Assembly (NCBI GenBank): GCA_964352225.1
Contig: CAYGRM010000004.1
Span: 1 to 59,432, forward strand
Length of the DNA: 59,432 bases
Reading direction: 5' to 3'
Origin: an uncultured Saprospiraceae bacterium
GTDB lineage: Bacteria > Bacteroidota > Bacteroidia > Chitinophagales > Saprospiraceae
This document shows positions 36,565 through 46,500 of the stretch, piece by piece. A model generated the notes under the pieces. The model saw only the letters and a list, made by a program, of their open reading frames with translations, did no database searches and was not told the DNA's origin. The translations under genes and the position numbers were made by a program. Position 1 is the first letter of the stretch; every line of letters starts with the position of its first letter.

Positions 36565-37122
36565 TTGAAGAATCAAGTAAAGCGAATTTTGGGAGTCGAT
36601 CCAGGAACTAATTACTTAGGGTATGCGGTAATTGAGACTAAGAAAAATAAAATTAGTTTGTTGACTATTGGGGTAGTATCGATGAAGCACCTTGGGTCTC
36701 ACCAATTAAAGTTGAAAAAAATTTTTGAACGATTACAAGAGATTATTCGAGGATACAACCCTGATCACATGGCTGTGGAAGCTCCCTTTTATGGGAAAAA
36801 TGTACAATCCATGTTGAAGTTAGGAAGGGCACAGGGCGTTGCCATTGCCGCTGCAATTACGATGGATGTGGAAATGACGGAGTATGCTCCAAAGAAAATC
36901 AAGCAATCTGTAACTGGAAATGGAAATGCCTCAAAAGAGCAAGTTGCTGCAATGCTTGTCAATATATTAGATCAAAAATTAGATACAGAATATTTAGATT
37001 CGACTGATGCTTTAGCGGCAGCTATCTGTCATCATTACCAATCAAGCAGTATTTTGGGTGGAGGAAAAAAACATAGCGGCTGGGCTAGTTTTATTAAAGA
37101 CAATCCCAATCGGATTAAATAA
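36565..37122 (+). CDS. ruvC: crossover junction endodeoxyribonuclease RuvC (TTG start)
   Basis: 185 aa. ILGVDPGTNYLGYAVIE catalytic-Asp region, and DSTDALAAAICH near the C-terminus. Confidence 0.9.
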   Translation: MKNQVKRILGVDPGTNYLGYAVIETKKNKISLLTIGVVSMKHLGSHQLKLKKIFERLQEIIRGYNPDHMAVEAPFYGKNVQSMLKLGRAQGVAIAAAITMDVEMTEYAPKKIKQSVTGNGNASKEQVAAMLVNILDQKLDTEYLDSTDALAAAICHHYQSSSILGGGKKHSGWASFIKDNPNRIK

Positions 37123-37146
37123 TTTGATCTAGCCTAGAATAAAAAA

Positions 37147-37168
37147 AGCAGAACTTAATAGTTCTGCT
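37147..37168. terminator. bidirectional terminator between convergent ruvC and the HIT gene
   Basis: agcagaac-ttaata-gttctgct flanked by A7 and T7 runs. Confidence 0.8.
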
Positions 37169-37176
37169 TTTTTTAT

Positions 37177-37563
37177 TTATTCAAAATTCTCTCTAATTCT
37201 TTCGGCAATTTTAGCTAATTCGTCCTGTGAGTATTTTGGTTTTTTCTTTGGAAAAAAATGCTTCACAATTGGAATCAAATGAACATGAGCATGAGGCACT
37301 TCTAAACCTTCGACTAATATTCCTACTCGTTTACATGGAACTGCTTTTTCGACAGCATGTGCTACTTTTTTTGAAAAAGCCATTAGGCCTTCGTAAGTTT
37401 TACTATCCAAATCAAAAATATAATCTACTTCCTTTTTAGGAATTACTAAGGTGTGTCCCTCTTCCCATGGATTAATATCTAAAAAGGCAAAGTAGTTTTC
37501 TGACTCTGCAATTTTATGACATGGAATTTCACCGTTAATTATTTTAGTAAAAATACTTGCCAT
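37177..37563 (-). CDS. HIT-family (histidine triad) nucleotide hydrolase
   Basis: 128 aa. Histidine triad HAHVHLIP. Confidence 0.85.
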   Translation of the reverse strand: MASIFTKIINGEIPCHKIAESENYFAFLDINPWEEGHTLVIPKKEVDYIFDLDSKTYEGLMAFSKKVAHAVEKAVPCKRVGILVEGLEVPHAHVHLIPIVKHFFPKKKPKYSQDELAKIAERIRENFE

Positions 37564-37565
37564 AG

Positions 37566-38036
37566 CTAAAATGAGATTTCTAAAATTTCAAATTTGATAA
37601 TTCCTCCTGGGGTTTGTATTTCAGCTATTTCTCCAACAGCTTTCCCCAAAAGACCTAAACCAATAGGAGAGCTGACGGATATTTTTTTGAGTTTCAGATC
37701 TGCCTCAGATTGAGAAACTAGCTGGTAAGTAATTTCTTTATTGACTTGCAAGTTTTTCATTCTAACTTTTGAAAGTACAACTACTTTTGAATTATCCAAT
37801 TGACTAGCATCTAATACTCGAGCGTTAGACATCTCTTTTTCTAAGTTGTTTATTTTCAACTCAAGGAGACCTTGTGCATCTTTTGCAGCATCATATTCTG
37901 CATTCTCAGAAAGATCACCTTTCTCCCTTGCCTCAGCAATTGCAGCTGCAGCGTTTTGTCTTCCAACTGATTTAAGCTCTTCTAATTCTGCTTGTAGTCT
38001 ATCGTATCCTTCCTGAGTTAGGTAATTATATTTCAT
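37566..38036 (-). CDS. greA: transcription elongation factor GreA
   Basis: 156 aa. N-terminal coiled coil (..EGYDRLQAELEELK..) with acidic tip, C-terminal globular domain. It is 2 nt upstream of the HIT gene. Confidence 0.9.
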   Translation of the reverse strand: MKYNYLTQEGYDRLQAELEELKSVGRQNAAAAIAEAREKGDLSENAEYDAAKDAQGLLELKINNLEKEMSNARVLDASQLDNSKVVVLSKVRMKNLQVNKEITYQLVSQSEADLKLKKISVSSPIGLGLLGKAVGEIAEIQTPGGIIKFEILEISF

Positions 38037-38139
38037 AATAAATTTTTAAATTAATTAAACGCTTCGCGAGATTTAGGTGAGAAAAGAACAACATGAGTTT
38101 GTTTAAATGAGTTCATTCCCGCGCTTGATAAATAAAAAA

Positions 38140-38176
38140 CAAGAACGTTTCTATCTGGTAGATAGAAACGTTCTTG
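38140..38176 (-). terminator. rho-independent terminator at the end of the three-gene outer-membrane module
   Basis: Perfect 16-bp stem caagaacgtttctatc / gatagaaacgttcttg. The minus strand is followed by a T-run. Confidence 0.8.
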
Positions 38177-38243
38177 TGATGAACTTTGCTTAAATATAGT
38201 AAAAATCAAGCAAATAAAAAAAATATTTGAAGGATCCTATTTT

Positions 38244-39293
38244 CTAGAATCCTAATCTTACTGCTATGTTGTGCGTTCCACCCCATGGATTTGAAGTTCT
38301 GAATGCATAATCAATACCAAAAGTAGTATTTGAATTCTTACTAACTGGTACCTGAATTGATAATCCTCCAGCGATGCCAGTATAAACATTTCTTTCATCA
38401 GGTGCATCACTTTGACCTAAGTCATATTTGTATCCACCTCTCAACATGAATTTATCATTGAAAGCATATTCAATACCTGCTCCAAGTTGATCTCTTGAAA
38501 ATGAATTAGAGGTAAAATTAGATACTGCTGTAATTCTATTCTTATCTCCTAAAATAAAATCATAAGATACTCCAATATTCAGAACTGAAGGCAACTCAAA
38601 AGCTGCTGGTCTTTGCTCATAAGATAATTGGTAAGTTGAATTAGGTACACTCAATTGTTGAGATAAACCTTGTCCTCCAAAACTCATCGGAGAGCCAACG
38701 TTTCTTAATGATAACCCTAATTTAAAATTATCTTGAGGTCCAGAAACATACTGCACACCTGCATCGAGTGCAAAACCAAATGCATTTAAGTCTGCTGTAC
38801 TTTCAGAAATTGCTCGGAACAAAATTCCTACAGAAATTTTATTTTCAAAAATATGTCCGTAGCCAAGTCCTAAATTGAAAAAGTTAGGAGAAAACGTACC
38901 ACCTGTTCCTTCTGGAGAATTTTCAGTTGTGATTGGAATATCTCCAAAATCAAGCGCCATCAGACTTAATCCAAATGTTCCATTTTTTCCAACTTTTTGA
39001 GCTAGTCCAAATGCATTCATTTTAATATCAGTCCCTTCCAAATATCTAGCATGGCTAATAAGAACTTCTGTTCCTTTTACTCTCGAAAGACCTGCAACAT
39101 TTAACCGCATTGCTTCTACTCCACTTACAAACGATGTACTCATAGTATGAAGTCCTGCTGAGCGTGCCCATGGATTCATTAAAAGTTCGTAAGCACCTGC
39201 TTCTCCTTGTCGATCAGGATTTCCTGCAAAAGCTGTTTGGCACATGGTAATTGACAAAACAGCTATAAATAGGATGTAAATAATTTTATTCAT
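38244..39293 (-). CDS. PorV/PorQ (FadL-like) family outer-membrane barrel protein
   Basis: 349 aa. Signal peptide, N-terminal ..GEAGAYELLMNPWARSAGLH.. segment resembling PorV-family openings, beta-barrel pattern, terminal ..VRLGF. Confidence 0.6.
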   Translation of the reverse strand: MNKIIYILFIAVLSITMCQTAFAGNPDRQGEAGAYELLMNPWARSAGLHTMSTSFVSGVEAMRLNVAGLSRVKGTEVLISHARYLEGTDIKMNAFGLAQKVGKNGTFGLSLMALDFGDIPITTENSPEGTGGTFSPNFFNLGLGYGHIFENKISVGILFRAISESTADLNAFGFALDAGVQYVSGPQDNFKLGLSLRNVGSPMSFGGQGLSQQLSVPNSTYQLSYEQRPAAFELPSVLNIGVSYDFILGDKNRITAVSNFTSNSFSRDQLGAGIEYAFNDKFMLRGGYKYDLGQSDAPDERNVYTGIAGGLSIQVPVSKNSNTTFGIDYAFRTSNPWGGTHNIAVRLGF

Positions 39294-39327
39294 AATTAAA
39301 TTATAGTCTAATTTTTTTGAAATAAAA

Positions 39328-39365
39328 ACAAGGAAAATTGGTTCGCTAAAACCAACCTTCCTTGT
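39328..39365 (-). terminator. intercistronic hairpin or partial terminator
   Basis: acaaggaa..ttggtt / aaccaa..ttccttgt. A T-run follows on the minus strand, between the 1360-aa gene and the PorV-like gene. Confidence 0.5.
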
Positions 39366-39374
39366 AATTTAATT

Positions 39375-42300
39375 TTATAATCCTGATGGATCGAATTTTC
39401 TAGCTACACCAAACCACTTAATCACTCGTTCACCCAATCCGTCGGCATCTATATGGATTAGATACACTCCACTTGCTACAGGAATACCTTTGTTATTTTT
39501 CAGATCCCATTCTAGTGCCGGAGATACCTGAGTAGTATTAATTCCTGAACTTGGTCTATCCAATGTAACATTAACTCCTAATTCATCTCTCTCGTATTGT
39601 CTAATAAATTTCCCATCTAATGAATAAATCGTAACTGTACTCTTCGCAGGAAGGTTAGTTATTTTTACGGTATTAGCGAATTGAGAAATTTCATAAGCAG
39701 AGTATCCATAGTATGGATTAGGAACTACATTAATGTTATCTAATGCAGTTTCAGCAATTGATCCTGCTACTACATCGGTAGCAGCTTGTCCTTCCAATTT
39801 GAATCTATAAGTTGGATAACCTTGGAAGTCATTAGTTCCTACTTCCACTTGATAAGGATTATCTACTCTCAGTTGTATTCTTAAATCGGTAGGAATTAAT
39901 CCATCACCAATAGAGTTTAAACTAGATCCTTCATTTAAGACAGGCATAGTAGTCCAACTAATTTCTGCTAATGCTTTACGTACATCATTGACACCACCTT
40001 CTAATCTAGTTTTCAATTCAGCACACTCATCATACTTTTGTTTAGTTACATAAATAAAGTGCTGACCTCCCATAATAATATTATATGGGAATGGTGCTCC
40101 ATTAAATGCTATTTCACTAGTAGGATTCCAGATCATATCTCTACCATTAGCTTCGTAGTTCTCTGCAGCAAATCCTTCTGGGTAATATGTTGAATTTTCT
40201 CCAAAGAAAATATTCAAACGCTCACCTGTTTCTTGGTCAATTGCATATCCAGGGAAATACCCCATACCTGTAGTTGAAGGATCAGAATCATCTTCGACAC
40301 CTTCTTTATTTACTGATTGACCTTGTCGTAATTCAATATTTCTTGCATTACCTTCCGTTTCGAGTTCAAGTCCTCCATTTGCTATTGGATTATAATATTC
40401 AGGTGCTGCAGTTTCTACTACGATACATCTACTCCAAAGATCTTTATTACTAGTGAATACAATATCAACATTGTTTAAAGTTTCAAGTTTATTTTGACCT
40501 CTAACAACACCTGAAATAGCAGGCTGTCTTAACGCTGGAGTAAACCAATATTGACCAACAGTTTGATCTGGATCTGCAAAGACATTTAATATATAAGGAG
40601 TAAATGCTCCAAATGAACTAAATGCTTGATCTGGATCTAAAAGAGTTGCATTAGGATCTACTTCATTTCCTTCCTCTGTTTGTATATAGTTGAAAGGCGT
40701 AGGTCCATCAGCTATATAAGAAAACCAATTATCACTTGCAGCATAGATTTCTTCATATCCAATTGTACCGTTTGACTCATCTGCTTTATCTCCCACATCA
40801 TCAGTCTGGCCAACTTTGATTGAAATTCCATATTCTTTCAAAATCTGTTCATTCAATCTTTCAATTGTTTGTTCAGAATAAATTGGAGCAGTAGGATCTG
40901 AAAGGTTAGTCAATTGCCAATACATTTCAGAATCAAGATCATCATTTCCATCATTATTTCCATTAAGATCAGTAAACGTTAATTGGAATTCACCATCTAC
41001 TACTTCTAGTGGGTTAATAATTTTAACATTGATTGGAGATCTTCCTGGTTGATATACCAATTCACCAGTAGATGATCCTGCAAGAATTTCCGCTTCTGTT
41101 TCAGGAGAAATGGCTACATTATTTTCACCAACTCCAACACCATCAATTCTAGTAACGATTGGTCCGTCTCCATAACCAGAATTTAAGTTTTTATAAACGA
41201 TTGGTCGCGGAATAACGGTGTATGATGTTGCATTACCATCCCCAATATTTCTACGTCCTTCGAGGTATGGTCTTCTTTGTCCCACTACTAATCCTGGATC
41301 AAATTGCTCGTAATTATTATAAGCATAAGCAACTACCGTAAAGTAATATTTCTTATGGTTAATCAATTTATTATTTCCATCAGCAAATTGATCTGTGGTT
41401 ATACTAAATGTATGAGAAATACCATTTTCTAAAACACCTTCATTTTCTAATGTAGGAATCCAAATTGGTTTGGTTGGATCACTTGGATTAAATTCTGAAG
41501 ACCAGTTATATATTCTTGATATTCCATTTTTGATATCTACAGAAGTTACCAATCGTGCTTTATCAGGATTCGTATTAAACTCTGCAGGACTTACATTTGG
41601 CTCAGTTAATTGGTAAATTCTATATCCTTCAAATTTGTAAGATCTAACTTCCTCTGGTAGTAGAGTCGGAGCTTGTAAATCAATCTCAGAATAACCCTCT
41701 CCAGAATTATTAGTAGATAATTCATCGCCATTAGTTAAGATCATAACAATCTCTTTATTTAATTCAACGAAATCTACATCTGGTGCATCTGGCCCATCCG
41801 TGATATCAAAACAGTTATCAAATAAAGCCTGCGCAATATCATCTGCTGATAATAATGGTGAAATATTTGGACATGAGTGAGCTACGTCTGGTACCCAAAC
41901 AACTCCAACAATCAACTCATTAACAGCTTGAGAAATCAAGGTAAATGGTCCTGATGCTTGAAGTGTTCTTCTATCTCCAAAAGGCAAATTCTCTGTACAC
42001 ATTGACCATCCTGCTGGATCATCCGGAGCATCTGGGAAAGCATATTTCACAATCTCTCCACCTGAGTTAAATCCATCTCCTCCAAAAGTTAATGGAGCAC
42101 CATTAGGCCACGAACCTGAAATCAAGTTATAAAATTCTGCTGGTAAAGAAGGGTCAGTAGTTCCTGGAGAAGGATTACCTACACCTGCATTATTATAATA
42201 TGTGAAAGATGACATTCCTAAAGGAACTAGTACATCTGCAGGTTCTCCATTTTCTGGATTTCTTAAAATTGAATCCACACCATACACTTTAGGTGCATTA

Positions 42301-43457
42301 GGTCCTCTAAAGTAATCAATTCCTAATAATGGAATCTTATCACAATAAGTAGCAACACCTCCAGGACATTGACATCCAGTTTGTCCATCTAATGCATCTT
42401 CATTATATACATATGCTAAACTTCTTGTTGTATCACTTCCAATATAATCATCTGTATAACATCCTAAATCTGGATCTACCCAAACAGCAAAGAAGCAACT
42501 GTCAATCGGATCTTGTGCACGATTAATCAATTTATATCTTTGGAAAGTCATATCATTGATCTCATCATTAGTTCTCCATGCAAATGACTGAACTTGAACT
42601 TCCATTCTAATTGCATCTCCACCTGAAGCTGTGTGGTTTCCACCAGCATCATTATAAATCCAAAAATACATTTCATCTGCATACTGTGCTTGCTTGATCG
42701 ATTCAACTTCACAGTTAGTAATGTCAATTCTTGGAAAATCTCCTAAGTGTGGTTCATATACATCAATCTCGTTTGGAATATTATCCGTTGGATCATCATT
42801 ATCAAAAAAGAACCCAAACCCTTGAGAACTTGTAGACTCATCTGGTAAATCAAACCCATGCACATCAAAGAAAAAATCATTTCCTCTGGCAGGCCATCCT
42901 AAAACATCAGCAGGAATTTCTCCTGGCTCAAGTTCAGTTCTTCCTTCCGCTTTTGCGATTTCCCAATTTTTGATATGAAGCGCAATATTCTCACCTAACA
43001 CTTTAAAGTGTTTATTCCAATTAGCACAAGTATCAAATCCAACTGTACCTACATCTGTAAGTGGTCCAGGGAAAAAATCATTACTTGTTCCACTTCGGTA
43101 ATCTACCGCCGCCATTTTCAAAACTGGATTATCCGGCAAACCGGTAAACCCACCAATCCAAACGGCTCCAGCAAAAATAGAAGATACCTCTGGCAAACCT
43201 GGTTCTACTTTTGGAACTACATATTGTCCATCATTCAAATCCCACCAGATATCTCCACCATTTAATAACATAGCTCTTACATTATTAATGGATTGAATAA
43301 CTTTGGATGTACCTTGGGCACAGTCCATTCTTAATGTCGCTGTGGTATTAGAAGTATTAGCATTTTTCCCATGCACATTTGGATTGATGTGCGCATAAGA
43401 AAAGGACCATATTCCTAACAACAGAGCCACAGAAAGTAAATATTTTAAATTACGCAT
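39375..43457 (-). CDS. 1360-aa secreted protein of unknown function with T9SS-CTD-like C-terminal beta-sandwich
   Basis: Signal peptide. No catalytic motif recognised by eye. Cys cluster GCQCPGGVATYC. C-terminus VVPNPY..VKITNLP..TIYSLDGK..WDLKN..GVYLIHI resembles type-A sorting or FlgD-Ig-like domains. Confidence 0.7.
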   Translation of the reverse strand: MRNLKYLLSVALLLGIWSFSYAHINPNVHGKNANTSNTTATLRMDCAQGTSKVIQSINNVRAMLLNGGDIWWDLNDGQYVVPKVEPGLPEVSSIFAGAVWIGGFTGLPDNPVLKMAAVDYRSGTSNDFFPGPLTDVGTVGFDTCANWNKHFKVLGENIALHIKNWEIAKAEGRTELEPGEIPADVLGWPARGNDFFFDVHGFDLPDESTSSQGFGFFFDNDDPTDNIPNEIDVYEPHLGDFPRIDITNCEVESIKQAQYADEMYFWIYNDAGGNHTASGGDAIRMEVQVQSFAWRTNDEINDMTFQRYKLINRAQDPIDSCFFAVWVDPDLGCYTDDYIGSDTTRSLAYVYNEDALDGQTGCQCPGGVATYCDKIPLLGIDYFRGPNAPKVYGVDSILRNPENGEPADVLVPLGMSSFTYYNNAGVGNPSPGTTDPSLPAEFYNLISGSWPNGAPLTFGGDGFNSGGEIVKYAFPDAPDDPAGWSMCTENLPFGDRRTLQASGPFTLISQAVNELIVGVVWVPDVAHSCPNISPLLSADDIAQALFDNCFDITDGPDAPDVDFVELNKEIVMILTNGDELSTNNSGEGYSEIDLQAPTLLPEEVRSYKFEGYRIYQLTEPNVSPAEFNTNPDKARLVTSVDIKNGISRIYNWSSEFNPSDPTKPIWIPTLENEGVLENGISHTFSITTDQFADGNNKLINHKKYYFTVVAYAYNNYEQFDPGLVVGQRRPYLEGRRNIGDGNATSYTVIPRPIVYKNLNSGYGDGPIVTRIDGVGVGENNVAISPETEAEILAGSSTGELVYQPGRSPINVKIINPLEVVDGEFQLTFTDLNGNNDGNDDLDSEMYWQLTNLSDPTAPIYSEQTIERLNEQILKEYGISIKVGQTDDVGDKADESNGTIGYEEIYAASDNWFSYIADGPTPFNYIQTEEGNEVDPNATLLDPDQAFSSFGAFTPYILNVFADPDQTVGQYWFTPALRQPAISGVVRGQNKLETLNNVDIVFTSNKDLWSRCIVVETAAPEYYNPIANGGLELETEGNARNIELRQGQSVNKEGVEDDSDPSTTGMGYFPGYAIDQETGERLNIFFGENSTYYPEGFAAENYEANGRDMIWNPTSEIAFNGAPFPYNIIMGGQHFIYVTKQKYDECAELKTRLEGGVNDVRKALAEISWTTMPVLNEGSSLNSIGDGLIPTDLRIQLRVDNPYQVEVGTNDFQGYPTYRFKLEGQAATDVVAGSIAETALDNINVVPNPYYGYSAYEISQFANTVKITNLPAKSTVTIYSLDGKFIRQYERDELGVNVTLDRPSSGINTTQVSPALEWDLKNNKGIPVASGVYLIHIDADGLGERVIKWFGVARKFDPSGL

Positions 43458-43559
43458 GACTATATTTTTTTACGTTTATAATTCTTTGTTAATTATTGAG
43501 ATAAGTTCTGTAGTCGATTAATTTTATTTAATCAACTACAGAACTGTTTTATCTTTTTA

Positions 43560-46500
43560 TTAAAAGTTTATATTTGCTCCTATGTAGATTCTTCTTGGCA
43601 ATGTAAAGAATCCAGGATTCAACATTCTCCAAGTGTAAGAAGGTAAATAGAATTGTTCTAATCCATCAGCAACTACACCTTGCAATACAGATTCTCCAAT
43701 TGGAGAAGTAAGGAATCCATCATCAGTAGGAGATCCAGATGCAGAGTAAACACCTAATAAGTTTCTTCTATCTAATAAGTTTTGAACTCTTACGTATACA
43801 TTTAAGTCAATAGGATTTTTACCCGCTTCTTGTGGAGAATAAAGTCTAACCGTTTTATCAACTCTAATATTAACGGTGAAGTTCCAAGGTAATCTTGCCC
43901 CATTTAATGATCCAACTGTACCGTCACCACCGAATGATGAAGGAACTAATTTGGCAGTATATGGTCTTCCTGATACAGCAATTACTTGAAGGTTCGCTCC
44001 AGCATTTGCTAAGATATCTTTTCCAAAAAGAACCGGTCCATTGTAATTTCTTCCAGAGTCATATCTGTAATCCATTGCAATATTAAATCGATGTCTTTCA
44101 TCAAATGATAATGGGAAAAGGTTTCTAATATTTCCTCTACTTCCTAAGTTTCTTGAGGACTCAGAATCAGATCCAGTTCCATCTGCAAATTGAAGCGTAT
44201 AAGCTGCTAACAAAGTAACATTCTTAGTTCTTCTCAAATCATACTGAAAAGTAAAACCTTTTACCGTTCCAAAATCAAGGTTATCAAAACCTGTGTATGA
44301 TGTAATATTCAAATCAGAAGGTAAAAACAAGAAATCTCTAATCTGAATCATATCTCTCATCTCTTTGTAATAAGCAGATACTTTTAATGCAGAAGAATTC
44401 GTCAATTTTTGTTGGAAACCAACTTCATAATCAATTGTTCTTTCTGGTCTCAAGTTTGGATTTGATTCTGGAGTTCTTCCAGCATCTCCAAAGTAGAAAT
44501 AATTCAAAGCTGTTGCGATATTATTTCCTGGAGGTCGTTGTACCAAGATATCGTAGTGAGCAAAGAAGTTTGCTACATCTGAGATAGGGAATGAAAATGC
44601 CAAACGAGGCATTACATTAATCTGCGGTTCATAATCTTCAAATCCATCATTTGGATCATATGTATTTTCTTTAATCCAGTTACCATTCGCAAGAGGGTTA
44701 CTATATTGAACGTATCTTGGAGCTGTTCCGAAAATAACGTTACCTCCATTAGATGCACTTCCATCAGCAAAAAACCACTCATCCCCATTTCGGAAAGCTT
44801 TAACTGTATTATCGTCTGGTCCACTTACATATACTTTATAATCATCCCCAACATTAAGAGGTCTAACTTGGTTAGAATTAGCATCTTCAGAGAAGAATTG
44901 CTCTGCATCTTTAATATCGTATAATGAAAGTGGATCTTTTAATACTTTCGTATTTGCATCATATCTATCTACACGTAAACCTAATCTAAAGATGATATCT
45001 TTATAGGTAAATTTATCTTGAATATATGCTGCAGTATAGTTTGGTCGGAAAGGAGCTACCGGAAAATCTCGGATGGTATTTCCAAATCTTGTAACTCTTG
45101 TTGAGCTGAAAAAATCGTCAAATGTTACATCTGAACCAATTCTTGCACCCGTATGATCATATCCATAAAATGAAGCTAATCCTAAGTCGGTTAACTCAAT
45201 CGGAGCAAACATATCAATCGAAAGTTGATCCGGAGTAAGTTCATCTACATTTACAAATGTATTTAAATCATCTCCTGTGATCTCTCTGATTGATCGATAG
45301 AATAAAGATGCCTCATCATTTTGAATTAATGTCTGATAAATATCTACCTCTACTGGTCCAAATGGAGTATTTTCCGTTTGAGTTCCAACAATAATATTCG
45401 TATCAACACCAATAATGTGTCGGTTATCATTAAAGTCCGCAAGTTCCCAAAGTCTTCTAGGAGATACTGAATAAGCTCTCTCCTCTCGTTGTTCATACAA
45501 TAACCCAATCTCGATAGAGTGACGACCTTTGTCTGTTCCTCCAGGGTGTAAGTCAAATGAACTAGATACGTTTGCAGTAATCAAAGTTCCTTGACTTTTT
45601 TGGTATTGATTGAATACGGTTCCTACATTTGTATGAAATTCAAAAATAGAATTTGAGTTACTAAATGTTTGACCATTTTGTGCAAACAAATCATCTTCTG
45701 TTTGGAAATCTGTAACTCCATTATTATAAGCTGCTAACACAGGATTGATATCTCGATTCAGAGTATATCCAATTGTATTTTCACTAAATCCTCCATGTGT
45801 TAGAGTTAATCCTGTTCCATCAAAAGCGAAATCTATGGTAGGTACATATTCTTTTTCTACAGTACCAATATATCCATAGTCGAATAATCGGTCTTCATGT
45901 CTTGAATCTTGTCTCAAGAAATCGTTATACTCATATCCTGCTTGAATAATGTATTCAAAATTGGATACGATTGAACTTTTAGATGCATTAGCATTAGAAC
46001 CTCCAAGCCTGTGTCTAAATCTCAAATTTCCTCTATATCTATTATAACTATCGTTTGGATTATTCTGAGTATTAAATGTTGTCCACCCACCTGGAGTGAA
46101 GTAATCTTTCCCCGTAAAGTATGTTCCTGTAAATGATACATCAATGGCATCGCTTAATCTTGCATCCAACTTAAGTGTTCCATTAAATTGTTGTAAAGAT
46201 TCGTTTGGTCGAGTTTTTAATAACTCTACTTCATCGGCAACCACTCGTTGTCCGGTTGGAGTTCCAAAACCATCTAAGATTGGATTAGCTTGTAATCTTG
46301 CCAAAACTTCAGGCTTTACAGTATATACACCCGTAGCAGTTGGACTATTATCTTCTCGGTGAGTATAACGTCCTGAAAAACGGAATCCTATAATAGAGGT
46401 TTTATTTCCATCTTCATTTGTTTTCCTTAAAATAGGTCCACTCAAGCTCACTCCAACTAAGCTGTGACCGAATGCATCTAAATATTGAGAAGTTTCTGAA

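Noticed and set aside
43504-43545. Hairpin between the 1212-aa and 1360-aa genes as a terminator
   Set aside because: There is no T-run after it on the transcribed (minus) strand. It is more likely an intercistronic stabilising or processing structure within one operon.
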